Assembly: GCF_000150275.1 (NCBI RefSeq)
Contig: NW_002060945.1
Location: forward strand, 6,006,575 to 6,070,574
Source: Trichoplax adhaerens
Lineage: Eukaryota > Animalia > Placozoa
Length of the DNA: 64,000 nt
Reading direction: 5' to 3'
The notes under the pieces were generated by a model. The model worked only from the letters and a program-made list of their open reading frames with translations, did no database searches and was not told the DNA's origin. The stretch's first letter is position 1. Each line of letters starts with the position of its first letter. Shown here piece by piece: positions 42,701 to 54,953 of this stretch. A program made the position numbers and the translations under genes.

Positions 42701-45018
42701 CTATAAGACTTAGCAATAATTGCTTATAAATGATTCATGCTTACTGTACTTGTTACAATGATCTACAGCACGCGATGCATGTAATATCTAATTGATAAGT
42801 TAGCTAATTCAATGCTAATGGCAATGTTTAATTTTACGAATAACTAGTGGAATTTTCCATTGCTTATGGCTTCTTGGAAATTGGCTCCTGCTTTGGCATG
42901 CGGGAATGTAGTTGTTTTGAAACCTGCGGAACAAACGCCACTTTCTGTACTTTACCTGTGCCAGTTAGCTGTAGAGGTTATTCAGTGGCCTTTAAAGATG
43001 ACCTTTTAGCCTTACATGTAGCTATCCTGCCCTAAAACAAAATTTACTATTTACTGTAGGCTGGATTTCCACCTGGCGTTATTAACGTTGTACCTGGATA
43101 TGGGCCTACCGCCGGTGCAGCAATCAGTAACCATCCTGATATTGATAAAGTAGCATTTACTGGCTCAACTGAGGTATGCTATAGTGTTTTAACCAGTTGT
43201 AAAAGCTCAATTTTATGATATGAATAGACAAATTCTTGAATATCAGCATCCGGATATGAGTGCGTAAGCATATTTCATAATTTCATACTTAATTTGTGTC
43301 TATCCTATGTCATTAAATCACAGGTTGGTCAAATTATCGCACAAGCCGTTGGCGCAAGCAACTTAAAGAAAATTTCGCTTGAATTGGGAGGCAAGAGTCC
43401 AAATATTATTTTTGATGACGTCGATGGTAAGCTGTTTTGTTTTGATATCACAGCTTTTATCCTACATTTTTGTGCAGTTCTTACCTTCACTTAATCCAAG
43501 TATGGCACTGTAGCTACTGTTGACATATTGCGCAAATATTCTATTTTGTTTAGTTGACGAAGCTCTGCAATGGGCTCATTTGGGCGTCTTTTTTAACAAC
43601 GGCCAATGCTGTACTGCCGGCTCCCGTGTCTTTGTCCAGGATGCCATCTACGACGAATTTGTTGCTAAAGCTGTTGCAAAAGCTAAGACTGTTAGAGTCG
43701 GCAATCCATTCGATGATATCGACCAAGGTCCCCAAGTTAGTATTACCAATTGCAATGTCGCGTATTACCTTCACTGTGTACATTATTAGTCCCTCTTCTA
43801 AGATACTAGCTTCGTAATACCGTTGTAAAACGGGTATAGTCGAATCTAGCTTTGCTCAGCACGCTTCGCCGTACAGATCATTACCTAGTGCGCACTGACT
43901 CATTGTAATGGTAGACTGACAGCCCAAAATGCTTACAACTACAATAGTAGACTAACATGCTGGGTAAATTTCCAGATCGATGAAGAACAAATGAAGAAGA
44001 TTCTGGAGCTTATTGACAGCGGCAAAGCTGAAGGAGCTGATATGAAATGCGGTGGAAGCCGACATGGTGATCGTGGTTACTTTATTCAGCCAACTGTATT
44101 CACAGATGTAAAAGATGATATGAGATTCGCAAAGGAAGAAGTATGCTTTACTCTTTGCTTAGCTGCGTAACTATCATTTTTCCAGCTTATGCTCTTTTTA
44201 ACTGTTCTATAATTGCGTAATGATGATCTTAAATATGTATAATATCGATATAATATTTTCTTCAAAAATTAATTTAAAATCGCGCAGATCTTTGGACCTG
44301 TAATGCAAATCTTTAAATTTTCAACAATCGATGAAGTTATCGAGCGTGCTAATAATACAGTCTACGGATTGGCTGCAGCTGTTTTCACTAAAGACATAAA
44401 GAGGGCAATACATGTTTCCAATCACATACGAGCCGGCACGGTTTGGTAAGTCGCATCATATGTTCGAAGTCACCATTGTACTGTACTTTAATCAATTTAT
44501 TGTTAGTTATATTATTAGATGCATCGATAGACATATTTATCTTTAATTGCACCCTGATTACTCTTAATGTTAGTCTGGTTTAGTACCTATTTACTTAATT
44601 CAGTCAAACGTTGAGATTTGGTTGTGCTAGTTTTTATTGAGATTTTTTATTAAGCATGCTTGTGTTATTCGATAGGATCAATTGCTATCATATGACTGCG
44701 TGTCAAGCCCCATTTGGTGGCTACAAGATGTCTGGCTTCGGACGTGAACTGTAAGTACCGTGTACCAACACCGTTTGGTAAATGATGTATTGATTTAATA
44801 TCATATTATAATTTGTAAGATTCTTCAGCATCGATGAAGAGTGCTACTAAACAGGCTGAATACAGTTAAATTTATGTAATTGAGTAATTCGGTTTAGCAT
44901 AATGTATATTTTTTTTTTATCACCCTTAATTAAATATTACAGTGGAGAATATGGGCTTGAACTCTATTCCGAAGTTAAAACGGTCACTATTGCGCTTGAC
45001 TCCTTGGAAGCTAAATAG
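39760..45018 (+). CDS. ALDH1/2-family aldehyde dehydrogenase, copy 1 (494 aa, 14 exons, cytosolic-type, RALDH-like signature)
   Basis: Exons 39760-39804, 40066-40170, 41400-41540, 42024-42103, 42351-42400, 42524-42585, 42848-42976, 43060-43173, 43324-43426, 43554-43735, 43976-44140, 44288-44445, 44676-44750, 44943-45018. Motifs [34 protein letters not shown]. In-frame TGA 30 nt upstream of the ATG. Confidence 0.95.
40763..40793. mobile_element. 31-bp hAT-like mini element in ALDH copy 1 intron 2
   Basis: CAGGGACTA...TAGTCCCTG flanked by tttgtacg / attgtacg, a 7/8 match consistent with an 8-bp TSD. Confidence 0.55.
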
Positions 45019-45887
45019 ATTCATTTTAAACAAATTGTTTACACTTCTTATGTGATATCCGGTAATTTTGGGATTTTTAAGTAAAGGTGATTCCAGTAAA
45101 AACGAACAGGCTAATCTTATAATGCAATTGAACTTCTATTACAACTAATTGTTGTATGACCTACAGTAATTGACTACTATCTATAGTGCAACTTTAATAT
45201 CATGGTCTACATATGTTGTCCTGGTTTACCGTTGAGTTCTGCATTTAAACTACTTCAATTTAAAATCAGTCTAATTGCTGAAACACACTCGAACTGTCAG
45301 ATGATATCCTTCTTGTTAGGATAGCATGTTAACAGCTGGATGGCATATCAGCTGCTTGCTACTATGCAAACTTTACAATCAACGTCAGGCTCTATGCATT
45401 GTAATGAGTTTGGAACTACTTCGGAGGAAAGTCTTGCAGTAGCACACAGATTAACACGATATGCGAATGTCTATCTATCCGTAGTATTACGGTAATTTAC
45501 ATAGTAACTTGGATGCATTCTAATCTTAGTACAGTATGATGGAATACTTGGGCAGCATAATAATCATGATCATAATAGGGCATGTCATGAAAGCTCAACT
45601 AGCTTTAATATGACATGCCCTGCTATCCTGCATTGGCTTTAATTAATTCTATTTTTCTTCAAGATTTCAGCATGTTAATTGATCATGACAGCATAGTAAT
45701 AAGTGCTACTGTAATCTCAAGTATACGAATTTGCCTGTGTGTCATTTCACTGGCAGGCATATCAACTATGCTAGTAGTTCATTCGAGCTTTAGAATACTG
45801 CTGTATATTATGGAAATTAACCTGAACCCTATCATGACGGCTTATATAAGGCATGGATTACACTGTCTATGACAGAATAATCCGCGT

Positions 45888-46295
45888 ACAGTATAGTGTT
45901 GCTCATCATGATGAAATTGATGATAGTTTAGGGCTGTGACGATTTGCCTTATCGTAGTTGAAACAAGATCATGGATGAACGGTACGTCGGGTGGTGTGAC
46001 GCAGGAACGCCCTGCTGTCAATCACGATACACGACGATTTGCCCTATCGTAGTTGAAACAAGATAATGGATGAATTGATACGTTTGGTGGTGTGATGCAG
46101 GCAGGAACAGGGCCATGCCTTGCTGTCAATCACGATACAAATGACAGTATAGCATACTGTATCATGACAAAATTCATGATAGTTTAGTACAGTGACGATT
46201 TGCCTTATCGTAGTTAGTTACAACAAGATAATGGATGAACGGTACGGTACGTCCGGTAGTGTGATGAAGGAACGCCCTGCTGTCAATCAAGATAC
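45888..46295. repeat. Three-copy ~95-105-bp repeat, plus a twice-repeated ~50-bp leader
   Basis: gacgatttgcc(t/c)tatcgtagtt...caagat(c/a)atggatgaa...tgctgtcaatca(c/a)gatac at ~45938-46031, ~46033-46138, ~46194-46295. Confidence 0.9.
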
Positions 46296-46987
46296 CAAAT
46301 TAGATCATCAATCTTGCATTGCCTAATTATTATGATGCATAATTATAGTACATACTGTACACTACTGTATAACCTTGGTATAGTCATAATAATAATAATA
46401 AGGGAAAATTAATGTAATAATAATAATAATAATAGGGGCATATGGTTAATTTTCCCTAATAATAATACTTTAATATCGCAATACAGTACTGTATACTGTA
46501 CTGTACTGTACAATATAATCGATAGCCGTATGTTAATATACTGTACAGTACTGTAGCATGACCTCATCATTATTATGACAATATTATGAGCAAGAATATA
46601 TCATAACAACAAAAAGGCGAATGGCAGTCTGCTAGCTATCTTTAAAAGTTGCTACTGCAAATTCACGATCACTTCGCTTCCTTCCGATCATCAACGATAG
46701 AAATCGATAGTTTTCGGATTGAAGTAGCGCTTTATCAAGTGTGCAGATCATGAACATTGGCATTGAATACTGGATAGCCAATGTTTCATGATCTTATCTT
46801 ATTTTTAATCAATATCGCACTCTGCCTTTAATGACACTTGACTGACGTGAGAGTTTACTAGCTATACGTTATAATTGATCAATAATGATTGATTATTGAT
46901 ATTTTTATCATCGTTATGGTTGTCATCAGTGAATGAGTGTCGTCTGCTGTAGCCGCTTTTGCAAATGCAACATCATTTAACTTCCAT

Positions 46988-47020
46988 CATGGGCTACTAG
47001 TTATTACCTAGTAGTCTATG
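46988..47020. mobile_element. 33-bp hairpin element of the same TIR family
   Basis: CATGGGCTACTAG-ttattac-CTAGTAGTCTATG. Confidence 0.4.
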
Positions 47021-47754
47021 AGTGCATTTGGTTGCAAGTCAACGAATACAGTTCACATTTATATCATCCTTCTTGAACGATAAAAAAAAATCCCAGATTG
47101 ATACAATATTTTAGTATGTCGATCACTGACGTCAACACTTCAAGCAGTAACAACATATTACGTAAATACTATACGTATTTTCGTATCGTCATTTTACAAG
47201 ATGTTGTCAAATATCTAGTGTTTTAATTTACTTTTAACGATGTACACTGCGTTCTGCAGGGGGGTTTTTTTGCAGGACCTTGGATGCATAAGTACTGTGT
47301 CATTGTATATAGCGAATACAGAAGCATTACATGCTTATTTTGCCTTCAACTGTTGTTAAAGGAGAGATGAGTACTTTATTCGTTGTTCAACTAATGGTGC
47401 CATGAATACTGTACTTGGATGTCAATATAACAATTTGCGATGGATTAGTGAGCAATTGAGGACCGAAATTGTAACATTTGCTTCCATTGTATCAGATACG
47501 TGCTAAATTGGATTGTACAATATGGCGGAAAACCGGATCCTTTTTTTCACTTAGTTAATAATACCACATCCTAAACTGGATCGTCGATAACGTTGTAACA
47601 AGTCCTGTTTGATTGTTGACGTATGTTTTTCAACAATGCTACAATAAACAGACTTGGAAACACTCTAGTAGTGATTCTACTATATTTGTTTAGATATACT
47701 GTATCCCGCTGCAGTACAGTATGCTAGTCTTGACTTTTGAATTTTGCCGTAATC

Positions 47755-47972
47755 TAGACCGTCGCTTTATAAAAAGTTCTTACAATACTCAACTGAAACT
47801 ATCATCAACACCCTCACCCCAAAAATGATCGAAATTAATCCTATAAGAATATTCTATTTTTACTTTAATGTAGATCCGTCTCTCTATAAAAAGTTGGTTA
47901 GAATCCTTAGCCAAAACTATTGTCAACACCTCTGCAAAAAAAAAAACACATTGAAATTGATCCCATCAAGAT
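47755..47972. repeat. Diverged two-copy ~115-bp tandem duplication
   Basis: taga(t)ccgtc.ct.tataaaaagtt...aaactat..tcaacacc...gaaatt.atcc at ~47755 and ~47871. Confidence 0.7.
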
Positions 47973-48696
47973 TTGTTATAGAGTCACAGGGTCTACCGTA
48001 TCATAGGGGTAAAGTTTTCTTTCTCTTCGGTACACTCTACGTACCCAACTCAATAATACTTTTAAAAGATGAAGCCAAGCAACCAGGGGAGTCGAAATTC
48101 ATCAGCTGACTCAGTGTGAAGGCGTTCTTGCTGACCCCCTTCTTGAACTGGTTGAACTATTTTATTCCTGTTGCACAAGTTGGCTACACTACAGTCTGTT
48201 CGATTCGTGAACTTTTCTATAGATTTGTGTACACGCCATGTTCCAATTGGAAAGGCCAGCAAAGCATCATCGATGTAAACAAAACCTTAACCTGTACCTA
48301 CAGTACAGTACTGTGTAAACAAACCAGCAAACGAACTGTAGCATGCTACAGTATACTACTGTAGTACTGTACGTTAGCTGCATAGAGTACTGTACAGTCT
48401 GTACTGTACTTTAGTACCTGGTAGTGCCATGGTCGGCTGTACTGTAGTACTGCAGGGTATTGTACTGTACCTCCAGTTAATAAAAAGATCTGCAAACTGT
48501 TTTACCGTTCTCTTCCTTTTCTAACAGGTCAGGGTAAGACACATAAAACTTCGCTCCTTGCAATATTCTCTTTTTCAACCTACTGCAGGTGAAAATAACT
48601 TGCCAATTTAAACTAGTTACTATTTAATATGGATCAATTTCCCTATTTTAGCATTGACTTCTTGTCTTTTTTTACATTAGCGACTGAACTTTCATC

Positions 48697-51600
48697 ATGT
48701 CTTTTGATTCTAATCCAGAAATTAAATATACAAAGGTTAGCTAGCACTGCTGATTACTCGCAATTACAGTAAAAAAAAACATAAAAATCTATAGTTTTAA
48801 AGCGTTCTCAAGTTTACTGTTGTCTCATATACTTCGATTTATACATAATAATAATAATAATAATAATAGAATTAAACAAGCAATGCTGTAGCTCTCGATA
48901 GAATGTCATTTGCAATAGTCTGTAGCTTAAGCTACAGGTAGAGGATATTGATGACTTTGCAATTTTGCCTTAATGGGTCAGTTAATGATCAATTTTGCTG
49001 TACGACAAGTTGTGCAAGCCTTGAAATTCTGAAAGGGCACTGCAGTAGCACAGCAATACGGAAAAGACGGTAACGATTTCTCTTCTTCGATATATTAATG
49101 CATTGAAAAAAAATTTGAAAGATTTATTGTATTCTCTGGCCTTGTTCAAGGGACTATAAATATCATCGACCCAGCCGTCAGTGCAGTACTGGTAGCATAG
49201 TTGTACGTTTTGGGAGCAGTAGAGAACCAAAATTTTGCATCTGCTACGTCTAACGGCGTCGGTTCTCGTTGTACGCCTACGCCTTCAAGCAGTTCTTACA
49301 GCATATTCCTAGTAATAGTAATAATATAGTTATAGATATATATACGTTAATTAAATTAATTGTAACCATTTTGAAAGATACAATCATTGTACTGTAATTG
49401 CCACGCCATCATCAACTGATTACTTTACACAGCAAAATCATGTGGAGAAAGAATTACTAAAGATCTCCATATCCGTAGCGTGTTTATACTAATACAAAAA
49501 TAAATCTGTGTTCAGCATGTACTGATGCATCAACTGATAACATAATTAGGTTCAGTAAATTGTTTTAAAGGTCAAATCATATATACGTATGAACCAACAA
49601 GAAACCTTTTTAGTCCATCTCAACACCGTACAGACGCGTACACCAACAGTGCAATATTTTTGATATATTCCTCCTGACAATCTTTACAATAAAGTAGCGA
49701 ATGGAATAACAATGTATACTAGCAATGTGAACAGTGGCTATTATGGTCAGTAATAGAAAATGATAGATAATAGTTTGGCCTACACCTTTTAAGAGTTAAT
49801 GCCCAAGAGCTCAATTTAGTTAAGATATGATTTTACTGCAATGTTAGATTGAATATCAACTAAGTTATAGGTAATGCTATTCTATCCTAACAGGTTTTCA
49901 TCAATAACGAATGGCATGACTCTATCAGCGGTAAAACTTTTCCAACCATCAATCCTTGTACAGGTGAAAAGATTTGTGATGTTGCTGAAGGTGACAAGGT
50001 AAGCAATTAATTACAAAAGATTGAACCCTTTAATTTCAGGAGAGCAACAATCGCTTATCTGTCATATAGTCATTATATTGTATTTATCATCCACTACTAT
50101 ATCGTAATAGGCTGATGTTGAAATTGCAGTAGAAGCTGCAAAAAAGGCCTTTAAAAAGGGAAGCGTTTGGCGTACCACGAATGCTTCTCAACGTGGTCGT
50201 TTACTAAACAAATTGGCCGATCTAATGGAAAGAGATATAGACTACTTGGCGGTAAATTACAGTACTTATTATATCAATACTTGATATATACTTTCTCCTT
50301 ATAAGCGTTATGCTTAGCCGTAATTTTGAACATAACCTATGACCTATCCATAAAACTTAATTAGGGAAAAGCATATAGATTACCAGTCGATACTCTCATA
50401 CGTGTGTTCATGATAAAATCGAGTTGATTCGTATCACGCAATTTTATGTAAAGATAGTTTTTGCTCAGATATAGACTATAGTTCAAATTCTAAATCGCAA
50501 TTAACTAATTCATCTATGCTTTACGATTATGATTACAATGTTACTCATTTATCATATCTCTTAAATATGAGCTCTTTAACTGCTTAATAAGTTTAGCTTG
50601 TTCCTAATCGTAGTCTTTAGAATCTCTTGACAACGGTAAACCAGTAAGAGTCGCTAAAAGTGCTGATATAACGCTATCAATTGCATGTTTAAGGTAGGCC
50701 AACTATGAATGGGTTGATAATTATGCATGGTTATTAATGAAGTAATTTCGAAAGTCAGGTGATACGATTGCAACTTCTTCTATTTAGGTATTTTGCAGGA
50801 TGGGCTGATAAGATCCATGGCAAGACGATACCAGTCGGTAATTTACTACTAAAATATTTATTTACGAAATACGCATATTTACAATTAATTGTTTAATTAT
50901 TGTTAACCATTGCCATTTGATTCACTAACGGTTTTAACAACAACCTTGTTTAAGATGGACCATATATGACATACACAAGACATGAACCAATTGGTGTCTG
51001 TGGCCAAATAATCCCAGTAAATACGCCTCATTTTAATGTTGACTTAGTTCAAGCCTGTACTGAGCATAATTGCACTCAAGTTGAATTATCAGTACTTTAT
51101 CGCTTTACTTGAATAAATTCAATCTTTAATGACCACTGTTTTCAATTTTATTATAAATAGTGGAACTTTCCAATCCTTATGGCCTCATGGAAATGGGCAC
51201 CTGCTATTGCATGCGGCAATGTTGTTGTAATGAAACCCGCCGAGCAAACGCCTCTCACCGCTTTGTATCTTTGTTCACTTGTTGTAGAGGTAGGATACAA
51301 ATTGGGACTAACTAGTTTATTGACCAATATATGATGTGGAAGTCAACTCTTCGAACGTGCTATACTTCCGTTTTTAACTGGAAACTTTATATATTAATAA
51401 TGTAGGCCGGATTTCCACCAGGTGTTATTAACGTTGTACCAGGCTATGGACCCACTGCAGGTGCAGCTATCACTGGTCATCCTGATGTCGACAAAGTAGC
51501 ATTTACTGGCTCAACTGAGGTTCAAAAAAATTCTACAAGAATTTTATTACGCCGAGTTCAAAGTCGCGACACAAAAATTATGATTAATTCAGTTCATTGG

Positions 51601-53304
51601 AATTGTAGATTGGTCAAATTATCATGAAAGCCGCTGGTGCTTCTAATCTAAAAAAAGTTACGCTGGAATTGGGTGGCAAGAGTCCTAATATCATTTTTGA
51701 TGATGCCGACCGTAAGTTTTCATCATTTTAAAATATAATTTTCATTTACTCCTTTTAATATTTAGTTTTATTTCTTTAGTTTAAAATTGTTACGTCCATA
51801 TTAAGAGATTCCCTTGATAATTGAAGGCGTTGTTAAATTTTTAGTTGATGAAGCGGTGCACTGGTCTCACATAGGCCTCTTTCTCAATCAAGGCCAATGC
51901 TGCTGTGCTGGTACACGTATCTTTGTCCAGGATACTATCTATGACGAATTTGTTGCTCGGGCAGTAGCCAAAGCCAAAGCCATTTCTGTTGGCAATCCCT
52001 TCGATGACGTTGAACAAGGGCCCCAAGTTAGTATAATAACCACTGCTACTTGTGCCATCTCTACACAACACTAATCTTGTTACTAACTGTAAATTAAAAT
52101 TTCGGCCTATACGCCGTCCAATCATTAAATAGATTTAATGATAACTTTAAATTGTAATGGTGCATTCTTATCGTAGCTACTGAAGTAAGCCATTTTGTTA
52201 TTGAATTATGCATATTTAATTATAAGGGTTAAGGTTAACATTTCTATACTGCAACGACGTTAAGCACGATTTGCGCTATTATAGTTAACAGATTACGTTA
52301 AATTGTACTTACTACCTCTTAAAACAACCTATAGGTCGACGAAGACCAGTTTAATAAGATTCTAGAACTTATTGAAAGCGGTAAAAGTGAAGGAGCTAAC
52401 ATGAAATGCGGTGGATGTCGTTACGGTAGTCGTGGTTATTTCATTCAGCCAACTGTATTCACGGATGTACAAGATAATATGAGAATCGCAAAGGAAGAAG
52501 TGCGCATTGCATTTTGTTTAGCAGTATACCTATCTCATATACAGTTATATTATAACACTAAAATAATCTATAAATATAAATCTCATAGATTGACATATTT
52601 TTTATTGCTATCACGCAGATATTTGGACCTGTTATGCAAATTTTTAAATTTTCAACACTTGATGAAGTCATCGAGCGTGCTAACGATACGGCTTACGGAT
52701 TAGCTGGGGCTGTTTTCACTAAAGATTTGAAGAAGGCCTTGCATGTTTCTAATCATTTGAGAGCTGGCACTATTTGGTAAAATGCGTTTTTAAGCTCTGC
52801 TACTTAACTTTAACTCTACAGCACAATTATTAAGTAGAATTACTTCATTGCAGTATCTACTGAACTCCTGCTGCATTACTGTAACAAATGCACAACCAGC
52901 AGTAATTTATTAGTTACTATTTAATGCTTACAGGGTCAATTGCTATGATGTCTTTGCCTCTCAAGCACCTTTCGGCGGTTTCAAGATGTCTGGTATTGGG
53001 CGTGAATGGTAAGTACAATTACATGTTATTACTATTATGTATATGTGTATTAGATCTTACGAAACGTTTTTAAAGCCACAGCAGTTTTTACAGTAATTCT
53101 GATAGAAGTAGGAGTATCTTGTTGATAAATAATTTTCTACACTGCTAAACAGTGCAATATCAATCCTGTTAATTCATTCGATCTAAAAATCTATACTAAC
53201 TTTCTCCGTATAATTATAAATTTATTAGTGGAGAATACGCACTTCAACTTTATACTGAAGTCAAGACAGTTACCGTTGCCTTGGATTGCCAAGAAGCTAA
53301 ATAA
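48697..53304 (+). CDS. ALDH1/2-family aldehyde dehydrogenase, copy 2 (14 coding exons, cytosolic-type, ALDH2-like signature)
   Basis: [13 protein letters not shown]|VFINNEWH..., with the same intron positions as copy 1. Motifs GQCCCAGTR and [16 protein letters not shown]; ends LDCQEAK*. An in-frame TGA lies between the upstream acceptor (48680) and the ATG. Confidence 0.95.
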
Positions 53305-53779
53305 ACTACCTAAATACACACTTTTTAATAATTAAGTAGTGATGATGTTAATGCTAGGCCTATGTGTGTGCGAGTGTTCCTTTATTTAAAGTTAAATCCT
53401 TTCATGTAGCAGAATTTTAACTGTTTCTTCCGGTAATAAACTATAGTGTTATAATTGATTACTTTCATAGATTATCGTATGACCTATTGGGGGTATTGAT
53501 CTAACAATTTATCACAATTAATAGCTTTATTGCAGATGCCGTAGCTTTGTGGTGCGTTTTGTACCATATCAAACGATAGACTTACAATACAATAGTCTAC
53601 AGGCATGCGTTTTAATTCGTTTACTCAAGATAAACAAGATAATTATATCTGATGATCCGGTATTAATAACGTACAGTATAGCCACTAATTTATACGGCAT
53701 GGTAACTGCTGATGAGACGTGTGGTATATTCTACAATAGCGAGATCATTAGTTTATTTACCAATAATATTTGGCTCAGT

Positions 53780-54066
53780 CAATCTTCCATATTTTGCCCA
53801 TTTCGGAATAGCAAATCATATAATAACTATAATGTATCTGATGTAATCGAGGTACAAGCAACAGTCTACAGTAGATAGGCTTAGTTATGTGTGTAAGCCC
53901 ATGACTACCATACTGTGTCATTACTGACGTTGCAAGTTCAGCATGGCAATCTTCCATATTTTGCTTATTTCCAAATAGCGAATCGCATACGTAACATCTA
54001 TGATGTAACTAGTATGCTCGTATGACTCCCTGATTAATTCATAACCGAGGTACAAGCAACAGTATA
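53780..54066. repeat. Diverged two-copy duplication between ALDH copies 2 and 3
   Basis: caatcttccatattttgc...cgaggtacaagcaacagt at ~53780-53866 and ~53947-54063. Confidence 0.75.
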
Positions 54067-54953
54067 AATTCGCTAGTCCATAATGTGCTAGAACTATTGG
54101 TGTTGCAACACTTGGTAGAGGGTCGTACACCATGCCACTAAACCACGAATAGCTACATATCATTGAGAAAAGAAAATTAGTGTGCAGTGCGTGTCTACTG
54201 CTAATGAGTATCGTAGACGTTCGTGCTAGCGGCTAAGCTGTTAATAAAGGGATGTCATATCATCTGAATGAATGAAAATTATTGTAATTTAAATTTGTAC
54301 GTATTTATAATTATTATTGATTAGTATAGCAAATTCAGCATTTACTTACTCCAAAAATTAGTGAATTATACGCGTACAGTATACGAAATTAAAGTAGGAG
54401 GTATATACAATCAAGGTTTAGGAATGGTTCAGGCTACAATAATTTATCTAGCGTGAAACTTAACTCTTTCAAGATCTACTAAACATCAATGATGCAAGCA
54501 AATTATTTTAATGACAGAAGTAGCAGAACTTTAAAAGAGGATCAGAATGATTTCGACCTACAGCATATCACCATACCTATTGAGAATAAAATGAATTTAT
54601 TCTAAAGCACTTACCTAGCATAGATGCTTGATTTCGACCGATATTAACTTTCTTAGGAGGTGATCAAATACTCAGTTACAAAGGCTGATCGTAGTTATCC
54701 TACTGTACACGCGTATACAAGCATACGGTATTCATTAAAGTTTTGGAATAAGGATCATCGAAGGCAACGCCTACTCGATCATGAATAATTTTCTTTTAAA
54801 TTAATTATTTGGCATTGTTGATCCTTGTTACTGTATAATGAACCAAGATTGCAAGTTACTAGCACTACTAAACAACAGTGGTATCCATATCAATAGTGCT
54901 AGCTCATTTGCACTGTATCAATAAATTGCCCAGATACTACGATTATCGCTGCG

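Noticed and set aside
45888-46295. CRISPR-like repeat/spacer appearance
   Set aside because: Units are ~100 bp with homologous middles, there are no unique spacers or cas genes, and the context is eukaryotic.
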